The notes under the pieces: generated by a model
The model's database searches: none
Told to the model about the DNA's origin: nothing
What the model saw: the letters and a program-made list of their open reading frames with translations, nothing else
Source: Lama guanicoe
Taxonomy: Eukaryota
DNA: 64,000 bases
Assembly: GCA_013239625.1 (NCBI GenBank)
Contig: MU054220.1
Coordinates: forward strand, 62,001-126,000
Reading direction: 5' to 3'
Shown: positions 14,068-27,470 of the stretch, piece after piece
How positions within the stretch are numbered: the first letter of the stretch is position 1
How the letters are laid out: the number at the start of each line of letters is the position of its first letter
Translations under genes and position numbers: made by a program

Positions 14068-15448
14068 CATCTTTTTAAAAAAATGAATGATAAATGGAAG
14101 GAATTGAAGAAACACAAGCATTGTGATCTACCAGAGAGGGGGCTATAAAACAGATAGGACTGGGGACTATTTACTCAATAGTTTTAGAAAGAAACTTCTG
14201 AGGATTAAGAAAAATATTCAGAAATTTCCTTCCAAATGAAGCTGTATTCATAGCACTGCTAGTGTGCACAACTTGAAATTAAAAAAAAAAAAAGACACGA
14301 GGCCCTTTATCATGAAACACTGAGTGTTTTAATTTTCACTATTTGAGAGTCCAAATGAAACCAAGTATTTTCTGGGATGTTGTTTGTGTACCAGGTACAT
14401 GGCTAGTCTAGAGGTCTAAGGGTTTTTAGTAAATTAATTTCAAAAAAGGCTTCTTCTTCTTCTTCACGGGAAATGTCCAGAATGGTTACATGCATGATGT
14501 AAATAGTACCCCATTAATTTATTACCATACTGGCTAACTCAATTCTGATTTGATAAATCTGAGATATAGTGTGATTAACTCTATTTATTCAGTTGTACAA
14601 TATATGTTGGTGCACACTCAAAAACTAACAGAAAACAGAAAAAAATTTTACAAAAACAATTCAATTTTTCCTCTAATAATGTCAAGAATTTCACAAGAAT
14701 GACTCATTGAACACTTGATAATAAAAACACAGTCTGTTTATTACACATACTACAGAAGTCTGATGCTTATAGTAGGGAGAAAGGAATTATTACAGATTCT
14801 ACCAAGTCTAATCAAATAGTACTCAGCATGAAAGCATATTCAATGATGGTATTCTTTATCTTTCATTAAAAAATTGTATAGATTATAACAATTGGAATAA
14901 AAAAATTGAATCATATTTGATTAGCATTCAAAATATAAATTTATCAGAAGTGTATATTTTTTCATTCAAACAATACTAAGAAAGAGTTAGGGGTTTTATT
15001 TTAAGTAACTTGTCAGTTTAATTTTGCTAACTCAGCTGTGAGGGTTTTAGCCATCTGTAATTCTAGTTCCTCAAGATGCCATGATCAACTATACCAAAAA
15101 AATATCCAGGAAGGAAAAAAGGAAGCCAAAGAATAAGATAGAGAGACTTACTTTTCTTGATCACTAATTTGTCGCTCCATTTTAACTTATTTTTTTAAGC
15201 TGATGTCTCTGCAAACTTCTGGAAATAATTCTTTCAATCTAGCTAACTGCACACTCCATGAGAAAATTAGTAAATAATGCTTTGTTTCTGTATCAACCTC
15301 ATCATGCCAAGAGCTTCAGTTTATTTTTTAAATTAGTGCCTCCCAAATCTTAGCCCCTTTTAATTGCCAAGATTGCTTGTAAACCTATAAATCAGCTTCC
15401 TAAATTTAGCTTTCTCTGACATAATGACAGTCTAACTTAACCGTCTCT

Positions 15449-16417
15449 TCATTTACCTATAGTGCCAAGATGACATTTACTTAAAGAACAGCATGAATTT
15501 GTCAGAAGTCTCTTTAAGGCAGCCTTCACATCCTTGTTTCTCAGGCTGTAGATCATGGGATTCAGCATGGGAATCACCAGTGTATAAAACACAGAAGCCA
15601 TTTTATCAGTGTCCATAGAATGGTTAGTTTGAGGCTGTAAATACATGAATAACATCGTCCCATAGAAAACTGACACGGCCACCATATGTGAAGCACACGT
15701 GGAAAAGGCTTTCTTCCTTCCCTCTGATGAACGTATCCTTAGGATGGACAAAACGATGTTGAAATAAGATATGATAACTATAACCATGGAAAAAACCAAA
15801 TTGGTAGAAGCAGATATAAATACCACTGTTTCTGCAAAGTAAGTATCAGAGCAAGATAATGCTAACAGAGGGGCAATATCACAGAAAAAATGATTGATTA
15901 CATTGGAAGAGCAATAAGACACAGAGAATACACAGGATGAAGCTACAATAGCAGTAGAGAAGCTGTAGAGGTACGTGAGGGAAACCAGCAGAAGGCAGAC
16001 CCGCCGAGATACCACCACCACGTAGAGCAGGGGGTTACAAATGGCCATGTAGCGATCATAGGCCATCACAGCCAACATGAAAACCTCAGCTACAATGAAA
16101 ACCAGGAACCCTCCCAGCTGGGTGGCACATTCATAGTAGGAGGTGGTGTGCTTCTTTACTAAAAAATTGATCAGCATCTTAGGGGCAATGACTGTAGAAT
16201 TCCCAAGGTTGATGGTGGCCAGCTGTCGGAGGAAGAAATACATGGGGGTCTGAAGTCGAGAGTCAACACTGGTGAGAGTGATGATGGTCAGGTTCCCTGC
16301 CACGGTCAGCCCGTAGACACCCAGGAACACAGAGAAGAGTGGGATCTGGAGGTCTGGACGGTCTGAGATTCCCGTGAGAATAAACTCAGTGACTTGGCTG
16401 AAATTCCTAGGAGCCAT
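15449..16417 (-). CDS. Olfactory receptor 8J-like (OR8J1/OR8J3 group), 322 aa; C-terminal tail probably frameshift-extended
   Basis: All OR motifs are present. INLGNSTVIAPKML, YECATQLGGF and YLQPQTNHS are OR8J signatures. The exact member cannot be resolved by eye. Confidence 0.92.
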   Translation of the reverse strand: MAPRNFSQVTEFILTGISDRPDLQIPLFSVFLGVYGLTVAGNLTIITLTSVDSRLQTPMYFFLRQLATINLGNSTVIAPKMLINFLVKKHTTSYYECATQLGGFLVFIVAEVFMLAVMAYDRYMAICNPLLYVVVVSRRVCLLLVSLTYLYSFSTAIVASSCVFSVSYCSSNVINHFFCDIAPLLALSCSDTYFAETVVFISASTNLVFSMVIVIISYFNIVLSILRIRSSEGRKKAFSTCASHMVAVSVFYGTMLFMYLQPQTNHSMDTDKMASVFYTLVIPMLNPMIYSLRNKDVKAALKRLLTNSCCSLSKCHLGTIGK

Positions 16418-17654
16418 GTAAGAGTTTGGAAAGTCATGCCTTCAGGCAAGAAAAAGAGACATGGTTACAAATTTTAAGAATTATTTTCTAGGACTGTCAT
16501 TGTGTGACAAAGACAATTCCTTGGATGAGATTTTCTGGAATTATGTATTAATCTCAGTTATTAAACTCAAGGTTCTATGTCTAGTAAATCAACTTTGCAA
16601 TCATTTGGTAAAGAGGAAAAGCAAGTATGGAAAATCAAGTAGACGATTCAGAGTCATGCGTATTTTGAGAATTTATTTCCCAAAAACCTTATAAAATAAT
16701 ATCTTATTAGTTCACAAAAAGTACAAGTCATATTTCATGTTTTATGTCTCATGCATTGAATATGAGAAAGGTTTGAGTAATCACATGACTTCAAATAATT
16801 GAATGTCTCCTTGTGATTTCTTAGTGTGGGATTCTTGCTTTTGCTTTTCCTGAAGAATGAATAATCTAGTCACTATCTTGCTCCTTTTTGTTTATTCAAA
16901 TCCTTCTATAACTTTGAGGTACCTTGAACTTACACATTTTACCATCCAGATTCTCTGTTAACTCCTTTTGCTCATTTGTTAACTCAGATAAACATACATG
17001 GAGATGTGTCCTCATTTCAGTTTTTTTGGTTGCTGATTCTCTGTTTAGATTAAAAAGTTGGTATCTGTGAAAATGTGACCATTTTTGTGATTTTATCCAC
17101 TATGCTGTATCGGATAATACATCATTTTCTTTCCTCTCATAATTTTTTTCCTTCTTATGCCTCAAGTTGATGTCATTCTTCATATTCTTTCCATTTTTAT
17201 TTTTAACCAGTAATTTAATTTGTAGAATTTTGTAGCATTACTTATACAATTTTTAAAATGTATATGGACTTAATTTTCCATTGATCTTTTTCTTCACATA
17301 ATTTTACACTTTTTATATTTTTTACTGTAATAATAGGCTTTCTTATTTTAATAAAGCTTCTATGATCCTCACATTACACATATTTGCCAAAAAATGAGCA
17401 TGCAATTATAATATTCATGAATATTTTCCTAGAGATATTTGTTTGAAGGATGATCACCTGCTCCTAACTGAGCAAGTTAGAGCCCCTGCCCAGTTGTAAT
17501 TGGTATTTCCAGTGATGGGCAGCTGGCCCAGGGAAGTCCTGTCATAGTCTCTTACCTGCAAATTTGGAGTTACGTTCCAGAGTGTTAACACTATATTGGC
17601 ATTTAGACCACAATTTAGTGTAAGATGTAACCTTTAGCAAAAATTTAAGTGTGT

Positions 17655-17687
17655 ACACACACGCACACACACACACACACACACACA
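17655..17687. repeat. (CA)n microsatellite
   Basis: Seen directly. Confidence 0.95.
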
Positions 17688-17714
17688 TGTGTAAATACCC
17701 ATAATTGTAATCAT

Positions 17715-17890
17715 AAAGTGGGCAAGAGGAACCTTTTGAAAATGCTGGATATGTTTATGACATAGATTGTGGTAATGGTTTCACTGCTGTATATTATCTT
17801 CAAATTCATCAAATTGTGTACATTAAAGAGGTACAGCATTTTGTATGTCAGTTGCATTCATCATACCTCAATAAATAGGTTTGAAAAAAG
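17715..17890 (+). mobile_element. Old L1 (L1MB/MC-type) 3' end
   Basis: gattgtggtaatggtttcac...aaattcatcaaattgtgtacattaa...tacctcaataaa. Confidence 0.75.
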
Positions 17891-18289
17891 ATATATATCA
17901 TAAACGCCTGAACTGTAAAAAAAGGTCAGAGTCTGAAATATTTTATCTCTTGAAAAAGAATAAAATTAAAAAAAAAAAGGAAAACTGTTCTCCAGTGAGG
18001 AAAGGGAATGAAGCAAGAATGTAAAAAGAATTGAAGCAATAAGACCGCAATAACTCCTAACATCACTGAGCATTTGTTATTCGTTTGCTTCTGACCCTCA
18101 ACATTGTTCTTCCCCTTAATTTCTTTGAGTCATACTCTTGCTCATTTATTTCCTACTCATGCCAAGGAATGTTCAAGATCCAGTTAAATTACTTGTCCCT
18201 CACCTCTGGATCTACAATTTCAATAATAAGAACGAGACAAAGGGCTGAAACAAAACATAGGGACAAGCTAATTGTAGATTGTAGGAAGC

Positions 18290-18720
18290 ACAGTCAGTAA
18301 ATTACACACAAAGATGCATGAAGATAACCTGGGAGAACTATTTCAAACAGGACATTAAGAGAAGGCCTTTCTGAGAGGTGACATTTGAACTGAAGCCTAA
18401 AGGATGGAAAGGAACCTACTATTGAATAAACCACAGGAAGAACATTCCAGGATTCCAGGCACGAGTGTATTTCTTGAAGATGCTGCTCTGGGGTAAAAAG
18501 TAACCAAGTTTTGGAGTTTTTTTCTCGTTTGCTTTTGAGAAGGAATTTAATGAATGCCAATGTGACTGGAATAATAATGAGAAAATGCAGAATTAGTAGA
18601 ATTAGATGATGTAGGTCACAATAAATATTTGGATTTTATTCTAAGTGAAATGCAAGGCATTGGTAAATTTTAACATAAGTGAATAATATGATCAGCTTTC
18701 CATTTTAAAACAATAACTGT
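18290..18720 (-). mobile_element. L2 fragment
   Basis: gaaggcctttctgagaggtgacatttgaactga and tttggattttattctaagtg are typical antisense L2 motifs. Confidence 0.7.
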
Positions 18721-19777
18721 TTCTATTATGAAAGTAATGACTTAAATGATTGGAAGGGGATAGAAATTATGAGCAAAATTTTTAGAACGATTTAAGCAGT
18801 TGCTTTAGGAAAACTGGTGAGAAAACTTCTGATGTATAGTTATATTCTCAAAAAGGAACATCATGTAAAGTTTGGGTAATTGTGTATCTAATTTTCTTTC
18901 ACAGGTTTTTTGTGAAACACACTTTTTTTTCATTTTAGCTAATATTATAGAAATAAAACTGTGATATAAATAATCTCAGTGAGCAAAAATCTATTGTTTC
19001 AGTAATGATATAATTTATTTAAATACAGAAGACCTAAGGATGCCAATTCTAATTCTGAAACATAAATAGCTGGGTGATATTTAATGATGTGTTATCTCCA
19101 AAAATGTTAATCTTGGAAATAAGCTTTACTTTAAGTAGCATATTACTTGATCATTCATAATGCCCAGTGCCTTCCAAAATGAAAGTGAAGTGGCTCAGTT
19201 TAAGGTATAGTTTTGGATCTTTTGAAGGTTATTTACACAGAAATAAGATAAATATTTTCTACCCACCTCTAATGGAAAATCTGCTTTAGCTTCTTAGAAT
19301 TTCTGTGGCAGTGAGGGTTGATGGGCCTTATAAACCACTGAGAGCCCAATTCTGAAACACAGGAGACTCTAGCATCCACAAATTGCCTTCTGCATCCTTT
19401 GGGAAGATGTCTTTTGGGATTGGCTCCTTAACAAGATCTCCCTGTAGGTGTTCAACCAGACACCCCTGCAGTCTTATTTTGTGGCAGTCTGACCTACATT
19501 ATTGAAGGGAGCTCAACTCCATGACATCAGATTAAAGTGTATTTGTAGAGGTAACTCATTTGCAGTCAGAGATTTGTTATTGCAAAAATGCAGTATTGGA
19601 AAGCGAGAGACCATTGGGCTAATGGTGAAATTGGAACAAACTCTATCTATAAATTATATTTGTATTATGCCACTATCTCTAGTGGGTTTTTCCCCCATTT
19701 TTAGCTCAAAGAATACAAAATCTGTACAGTTATTATTTTAAGAAATGGGATAGAGTGGATATTAAAAGGAGGATGTG

Positions 19778-19899
19778 GGGAGAGGGTAGAGCTCAGTTGT
19801 AGAGCGCACGCTTAGCGTGCAAGTGGTCCTGGGTTCAATCCTCAGCACCTCCATTAAAATAAATAAACCTAATTACCACTTCCCCCACCCTCCCAAAAG
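19778..19899 (+). mobile_element. tRNA-derived SINE (Vic-1-like, camelid)
   Basis: A box (tagagctcagttg), B box (ggttcaatcc), tail aaataaataaacctaattacc, and an 11-bp TSD AGGAGGATGTG at 19767-19777 and 19900-19910. Confidence 0.9.
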
Positions 19900-20427
19900 A
19901 GGAGGATGTGTCATCCTAAAAACAATCCTCAGTAATAAAAATATTATTTTAATATTTTCTTTATGATTATATTCCAGGTGAGAAAAGGCAGAAGATAACT
20001 CCTAGAGAGGAATCAAAACAATATTTAAAAATAAAGCCTTTGTGTCATGTCTATAAATTTCCAGTCACACAAATATATTTTTTAAAGACTAAATGTTTCA
20101 GATACACATTCTTGTGTGTTTAAAGACTAAGAGAATTATGTAAAAAGAAAACTGGCCTGAAGGATTTCTCTTCTTTGGGGCTTAAATCCTCTTTGCAACC
20201 ATACTTATTTTTTTTTTTGTCATAAGATTTTCCCCTGTAGGCCTTAAATTTAAAGCTGGAAGTTGAAGTATACAGCAAAATGCCATTTATATGGGGTATA
20301 CATACATGCACATGGAACAGTAATGTACACTTTGCAAGAACACAAGAAAACAGATTCACCTTGAATACACTGGGATGGTTACCTCGTGGAGGTAGTGGGG
20401 ACTGAATAAAGAAATAAAGATGAGAAA

Positions 20428-20735
20428 TGTATTCGTTTTCTTGGACTGCCATAACATAATACCACAGACTTAGTGGCTTAAACAACAGAGATAAATTTCC
20501 TCAGTTCTGGAGTCTAGAATCCCAGATCAAGAAGCTAGCACATTTGGTTTCTTCTGTGCGGCCTCTCTCCCTGGCTTGCCGATAAATGATCAATCATTAT
20601 TGCATTAGGGCTCACCCTAACAACTCATGTGAACTAATTCCTCCTTTAAAGGCCTGGTCTCCAAGGACACTTACATTCTGAGATACTTAGTCTTCAACAT
20701 ATGAATTCTGGTGGGACACAATTCAGCCCAGAACA
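20428..20735 (-). mobile_element. MaLR LTR (MLT1-like), internally deleted
   Basis: gactgccataacataataccacagacttagtggcttaaacaacag...gggacacaattcagccc. Confidence 0.85.
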
Positions 20736-21444
20736 AATTGGAATGGAAAATAAATAAATAAAAGAGAGGGGCTTTGACCGGCCTAAAAATGATAAGGTGT
20801 CATGACCTGAGGGAGGTACTTATTTTGGACATCTTGCTCTAGTTTCAAAACACTTGGAAACATGCATCTCTTCAGTAGGCAGAAAATGGCTCCTCGAAAT
20901 CTGCTCTGCAGAAGTAATACAAATTATTAAAATCTATAAAAATCTTCATGAGTATTCTTAGTATGGAGGAATGCTGGAAATATGTATATGGTTTGTCAAT
21001 TTATTAAGTAAAGTATAGACATATTTTTAATACAACTTTACATATCCTTTAAAACTTTGTCTCTATGGATTATAAAAAAATTCTCAAGTTAGAAAAGTAA
21101 GTTGTAGGAAATATGATGTATTAGGATTTTTTAAAAGTTCTTTCTATATGAATGATACTGCAGAATGCTATTAATATTAATTAACTTTATTTATATACTG
21201 TAAAAAGTAATGGAAATGCTATAATTTGGTAAAGAAATACATGTGACCAAAAAAGTATTTGCAGTATAATGTAAAATATTACTCTAGAAAATAAAATTTA
21301 TTTATAACAGTAAATACGCTTAGGGACAGGATTGAAAACTACCATGGTAAACAAAGTTGATATTTTTGGAGAATGCAATTTTGTATTTCTTTTATTTTGC
21401 TTACTTTATGTTTTATTTCTTTTTTATTTACATTTTAAAAATAT

Positions 21445-21630
21445 TTTCCAGCTTTATAGAGATTATAATTGATAAATAAAATTTGTATGTATTTCCAGTG
21501 TACAATATGATATTCTGATATATGTATATAAAGGTGACATGATTATTATAATTAGCTAATTAACATATCCATTACTTCACACAATTTTTTTTCTTTTGTG
21601 GTGAGAACACTTAAGATGAACTCTCAATAA
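21445..21630 (-). mobile_element. L1 3' end fragment
   Basis: cagctttatagag...taacatatccattacttcacac...ttgtggtgagaacacttaagat. Confidence 0.75.
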
Positions 21631-22773
21631 AGTAAACCACAGTGTATTAAAAAAGGGACAAATAAACAAAATGCATAGATCTGGGGTAAAGAGACCCTAG
21701 TTCAGATTTTGATTTAATTCCCCACAATTTTCTCTTTAAATATTAGCACAGATTGAAGCAAGCATGACTAGGGTAGTGTATATATTTAAAAAATTTTAAA
21801 AAGTCCATTTCAAACAGCAAAGAGGAGACTAAGACATATGGAATCTGTTTATTTGCTGAGTGAATATACAATGGGAATAAAGTGTTGTTAGCAGAATCCA
21901 TTCAAAATATTGGCTCTGTGTATATACGAGCCCGCGAAGAAGACAAAATAGACGTAATGAAAGTGCAATTAACCCTAGAGTGTGTCATTCATCTCTAATC
22001 TTTGTTATCACTGCTAAAGATTTTCAAAATATTGATGTCATTTTAGTAAATGACCAGATAACTTACTTTTCTTGAGTTTGCCAATCTCAACGCAACTTGT
22101 TTGTTGAGAGGCTATCATAAGCCAAAGTCAGCTATAGTTTGATGGTCTATGGGAGACCCAGAGTTAGCCTATATTTTTCTCATGGTTTTTAATTAAAAAA
22201 AAAACTTCCCAAATGCTCATTCTAGCCTTGAGATTAAAAAATATGAATGCAATCAGATTGAAAATTCCATTCTGAAGTTCATGCTTTATTTCTTATTCAG
22301 CTTAGATTCTTGAAGCAGCTTGTTCATATTGTGTTATAATCAGAGATTTAGTTACTTTCTTGCCTCTTGTCTAACCCACACATTTTTCATGGTTTAATTT
22401 TATTTATATTTAATATACAGTGACTGCTGTGACATATACATTACTAATTTTCTGGCTAATGGTACTTCATGTTGACTATTTAAGCAACTATTTAAGTCAA
22501 AATTTGAGCAAAAATTTGTCATGATCTGCCTTACCTCTAAAAACATTTAAATTCCAATATGACCTTGAAAATCATTTGGGACTTAAATTATCTGGCTGCC
22601 ATATTTATTCAATTGAATTGGAAAAGAGTACAAGGAGTTTTAAGACAAAGTGTTTTATTCAGAAAAAGAGAAAAACAATCTGGTAAAACATTCCCATTTT
22701 TGATGCTATAATCAGAGTGACAGGGTATTAAACAATAATCTTTGGACTTAATTTGTAACTGAATATTAAGATA

Positions 22774-23733
22774 TTAATGGGACATTTTGCATTGATTAGT
22801 TAAAGTTCTCTTCAGAGCATCTTTTACTTCTTTGTTCCTCAGGCTATAGATCAATGGATTCAGCATAGGAATCACTAGGGTGTAAAACACAGAGGCCATT
22901 TTATCAATAGCAAAAGCATGGCTGGATTTGGGTTGCAGGTAAATAAACAATAATGTCCCATAGAACACGACCACCACTGTCAGATGGGAACTACAAGTGG
23001 AGAAGGCTTTGTATCTCCCCTCCGTTGAGTTCATTCTGAGAATGGTCACAAGAATAAACATGTAAGACACAAGAACAACCAAGAGGGAAGAGAGCGAATT
23101 GCACTCTGAAAAGATCAAAATGATCAATTCTAACTCATGTGTGTCGGAGCAGAGCATGGATATCAGAGGCAGGCAGTCACAGTAAAAGTAATTGATGATG
23201 TTAGAGTCACAGAAGGACAATTGAAACAACGTAATGGTGAGAAATAGTGACACGAAAGTGCCATAGAGATAGGGACTAAGTACCAGTCCCCAACACACTT
23301 TCTTTGCCATGATGACCCCGTACAAAAGAGGCTTGCAGATGGCGACATAGCGATCATAGGCCATTGCTGATAGGATGAACAGTTCAGTGATGATGAAAAC
23401 CTCAAAGAAGGCTAGCTGGGCGGCACACCAATGGTAGGAAATTGTATTTCTGTGCACCACAAAGTTGACCATCATTTTGGGGCCAATGACAGTGGAGTAA
23501 CCAAGATCAGTAATCGACAAATGTCTAAGGAAAAAGTACATGGGAGTATGTAGCTTGGAGTCCAAATGGGTCAAGATAACCATGCCCAGATTGCCTATCA
23601 CTGTGACCAAGTATATGACCAGGAAGACTCCAAAAAGAGGTGCCTGCAGCCCTGGGCTGTCAGTGAGCCCCAGGAGAATAAATTCTGTCACTTTGGAGAC
23701 TGCAGTATGATTATGTTTCTCCATATGGTTCAT
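22774..23733 (-). CDS. OR8K1: Olfactory receptor 8K1-like, 319 aa, intact
   Basis: OR motifs are present. [31 protein letters not shown] and QLAFFE match recalled OR8K1. Confidence 0.93.
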   Translation of the reverse strand: MNHMEKHNHTAVSKVTEFILLGLTDSPGLQAPLFGVFLVIYLVTVIGNLGMVILTHLDSKLHTPMYFFLRHLSITDLGYSTVIGPKMMVNFVVHRNTISYHWCAAQLAFFEVFIITELFILSAMAYDRYVAICKPLLYGVIMAKKVCWGLVLSPYLYGTFVSLFLTITLFQLSFCDSNIINYFYCDCLPLISMLCSDTHELELIILIFSECNSLSSLLVVLVSYMFILVTILRMNSTEGRYKAFSTCSSHLTVVVVFYGTLLFIYLQPKSSHAFAIDKMASVFYTLVIPMLNPLIYSLRNKEVKDALKRTLTNQCKMSH

Positions 23734-23934
23734 CCTGGTGACCTGTGTGTAAAATCAGTACTGATTATACTTGAGATGCTATCTTCTAAGAGAATTTCAT
23801 ACATGGTGCATGAGATCTAGTCATTTTTCTTTGTCTCAAATTGTAAATAAAGATCCCTCTTCCCATCAGGTCAAAACTATACACATCTACATTCACACTG
23901 CAGTGAAAGGGCCTAATGATTAGCTTTTTTGATT

Positions 23935-24492
23935 GTAATATAAGTTCCTGACATTAAGCTTTTGATTGCCAAGGATTTCAAAGACATCCACCTCAGATAA
24001 ATACATTTCCAGCTACACAATCAGGTAGCCAGCCTGCCCTGTCTGTTAAATTCTCTTTTAGAAAATCCTAGATGATGTAGGTAACTGACTGCTTGATTGA
24101 CCCTGCTCTTCCCTTCCTGCACTTTAATTCCTACTCATTTTAAATGCACCATTAAAAAGTGAATCTAGGTGCCCCACCCTTGACCATAATCAAGCCAGAA
24201 CTCATGGTATTCTCTCTCTCTCTCTCTCCTCAGCCTCTCTGCCTGGCCCTGAGTATGCCATGAACCCTCCAGAATGTGTGCTATAAACCCTGTTTTTCAA
24301 AAGTTCCCTGAAAATTGTTGCTTAGGTGTATCCTGCAATTGTAATAAAATTCACAAGGGCTGGTCCAGCCATCACACACTGACTCTAGTTGGGGAAATAT
24401 CTGTGAGGGCCCACTGCAAATAGTAAGGGGCATTAGAGTGCCCACAGGCTTTCCTCGTTGATAGAATCACTACCAATAGACTGAGACCAACA
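23935..24492 (+). mobile_element. ERV solo LTR just upstream of the OR8K1 CDS
   Basis: TG...CA, about 560 bp, with a CCAAT/TATA-like stretch followed by a CT run; ends gagaccaaca. Boundaries are approximate. Confidence 0.6.
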
Positions 24493-25188
24493 CGAAACAC
24501 AGATTCATTAACACTTTGGTAAAGCATGCTTTAAGGGGGCAAGACATTTTGAAGAGATTTTTCTGAGATGGCTACTATGGCCTACTTCTTTTTACCCAAG
24601 TCTTTTGAAATATATCGTGACTTATTATATTTCAGGTTTTAAAAATTTCCAAGTAATTTGTAAAAGAAAAAAATCTACACCTAAACCATAAACCTTATAT
24701 TATTAACAATCACCATATCTGTTTAAAGTTGCAAGACACAAAAAGACTTTCTAAACAGTTGGAGTGATGAGTTAGACGGTGATTAGAAAAACCTCTGAGT
24801 ACTGAGTACAAATTTCAGTACTTTTCACCGACTATAGCCCAGCTTGTTTTCCCAACATAAGATCCAATGTTATAATATTTTAATTTCAGAATTTCATTGT
24901 TAATATCTTTGTCCTCATTTGCCACATCAGTTGTTTCTGACTATTGAATCACCTCGAATGATCTTCCAATCATACATCCCACTTCTATATAAAAAGGGCT
25001 TGGCCATTCTGATTATTTATTAATGCTGATGGATTATGGAAATTGATGTAAAGAGACCCACTTGAAAGAAGAATACAAATGAACATCAAGCACTGATAGA
25101 GAACTCATTAAATGCCAGGCATTTACCTGAGCACTTTACATATAGTAACTCATATGATCCACACAATAATTCTAGGAAATAAACTGTA

Positions 25189-25413
25189 CAGTCAGCTGTC
25201 TGTTTTCACAGGGGATTGCTTCCAGGACCTGCTGCAGATGCCAACATCTGCAAATGCTTAAACCTTATGGTTCACCTTCCATATCCACAGGGGATTCTGC
25301 ATCTGCAGATTCAACAAACCATCACTGATGAACATAGTAGCATACGTACTGAAAAAAGATCTGCATGTAAATGGATTGTGCAGTTCAAACCCATGTTGTT
25401 CGAAGGTCAACTG
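25189..25413. mobile_element. Tigger-type MITE (MER8-like) nested in a MIR fragment (about 25105-25495)
   Basis: TA|CAGTC...CAACTG|TA ends. The flanks aaatgccaggca...actttaca and aaggaaactggggcacag are MIR-like. Confidence 0.8.
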
Positions 25414-26349
25414 TATTAGCATAATCTATCTGAGTGTCAAGGAAACTGGGGCACAGGAAGTGAAATAACGAATGTCACCCAGGAAATAAGTGGTATTAAT
25501 AAATGTTACTCTGTCTTCAGAATATATCCTCATAAACACAGAGACATTCTTCTGCTTTGTTAAGGTCACCCTAAGCAGAGAGGAAAGGAAAGTGGGACAG
25601 GAGGGACACCAGTTGAATTAGGATAGAAAAAGATTCTTGTTAAGATAGATAACTGAAGCATTAAGTTTATTTGAAAAACTGAGATGATCTAAATGCATAG
25701 AACAGAGTATCAGAGATGATATAACAGATCTGTCCTGCACACGAGTCCTACTGATGACCGGAAAGTACATTGCAAGGGGAGAAACAGTTTTGCAGAACTT
25801 AACGCCCTTCAAGGTCTACGGTGATGATTGGGTTTAAGCTGTATGTCCTGAGAAATTGTGGAAGACCAGTGTTTTCTACTCACCTTACTGGAGAATCTGC
25901 TTTGACTTTCTACTGTTTTAACCCTCATTGTCTGTTGCAGAATGTTTTTAAGTGTTTTGCTATCCCCTTGAGACTCATTTTGTTAACGTTTTGATCTGAT
26001 TCAAGGATTAAAAAAATGTACCTAATCACCTGAGGGAGGGTGCCTTGTATACCTGTTAATTATTCTCCAAATGTTCTACTAGGAAAAATAAAAAATATTT
26101 CATGCCTGGGTCTAATGAAATAAATTATACATCACAACACTGAAAAACATAAGTATAACTTTGTCAGCATCTCAGTTACAAAATAAAATATGCATATTAG
26201 GTGTATCACACACACATGCACACAAAATGCACGAGCAAATGAACAAATGACTTCGTAGAAAAAGATTCTGCAGTATTTGATAATACAGTGTCCATTAACC
26301 AAGAATATTTTTGATGGACATATAATCCTTATGTCAACCTATAGGTTGA

Positions 26350-27470
26350 CAATTGCAGGTTGAATTCCAAGGATTTCTCTTTATCATTGGTTTTCAGACA
26401 TTTTATGTGATGTGATTTGGTATAATTTCCTTTCTGTTTATCCTGCTTAGAATTATTTTAGCTTCTTATATCTTGGGTTATAGGGTTTCTTTTTTTTAAA
26501 TTCTGTCCAACATTCATCCAATGGTTTTGCTGCACCATGTAATGTCTTCTTTCCACTTAGATCTACACTTAGATGTACAGTATGTAGCTTGTTATTTTTC
26601 TACAGATCGCTAAGACTATTTTCATGGAATTATTCAGTATTTTTGTCTCTCTCTGGCTTTATTTTAGGTAACGTCTCTTGTTATGTGTTTAAGAGCAGTT
26701 ATTGTTTCTTTTTCACTGTATAATCTGCTGTTACCCTTATTCAGCAAATATTAGTTTATATCTAGTACTCTATTTTCAACTCCTGAAGTCCCATTTGGTT
26801 ATTTTTAATCTTTTTTTTTGCCTCCTCAAAAGGTTAGTGTTTTTATTAAGTTATTTAGTATGTTGAACATATTTATAATAAATTTAAAGTCCTTGCCCAA
26901 TAATTCCATCATCACTGTCATCTAAGAATCCATTTTAATCATCTCCTGGATGAGATCACATGTTCCTGCTCTCACATATGTCTAGTATTTGGGATTGAAT
27001 GCTAAATATTGTGAATTTTTATGTTAATAAGTGTTGTATTTTTCTGTCTTCTTAAAAGAATGTTAAATGTTTTAAACAGGGATTTGGTGGCTCTGTTTAG
27101 GACTTGTTTTCAAATTGTGTGAGTAGAAGTCTACAGTAGATCTTACCTCTGAGATCCTCTATACTGGATGCCCAGGTGTTGAACAAAGATTCTGCTTTCT
27201 GGCTTTTTGTAACTCTAATGTCTTCCTGGGCTTTGTCATCTCTGGAATTATTCAGCTTATAATTCTGTGATTATTCTTTTTTAATAGATTTGTGGACTTT
27301 CACTATAGGCATGCCCAAATTAATGTTCAGTAAGAAACTCAAAGAAACCTTGTAATATTGTTACTTTAAATGTAAATGGATTGAAGTCTCCAAAGGCAGA
27401 GACTAGTAGAATGAATTTTTAAAAAAATCGTGATCCAATTATCTGCTCTTTAAGAGGATTACCGTTTACA
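26350..27470. mobile_element. Old L1 remnants (antisense block, then a sense ORF2 start at about 27355)
   Basis: A T-rich L1M-like block. ttactttaaatgtaaatggattgaa (TLNVNGL) is the L1 endonuclease N-terminus. Confidence 0.65.

Noticed and set aside
19778..19853. tRNA gene
   Set aside because: The TSD and SINE tail show it is a tRNA-derived SINE.
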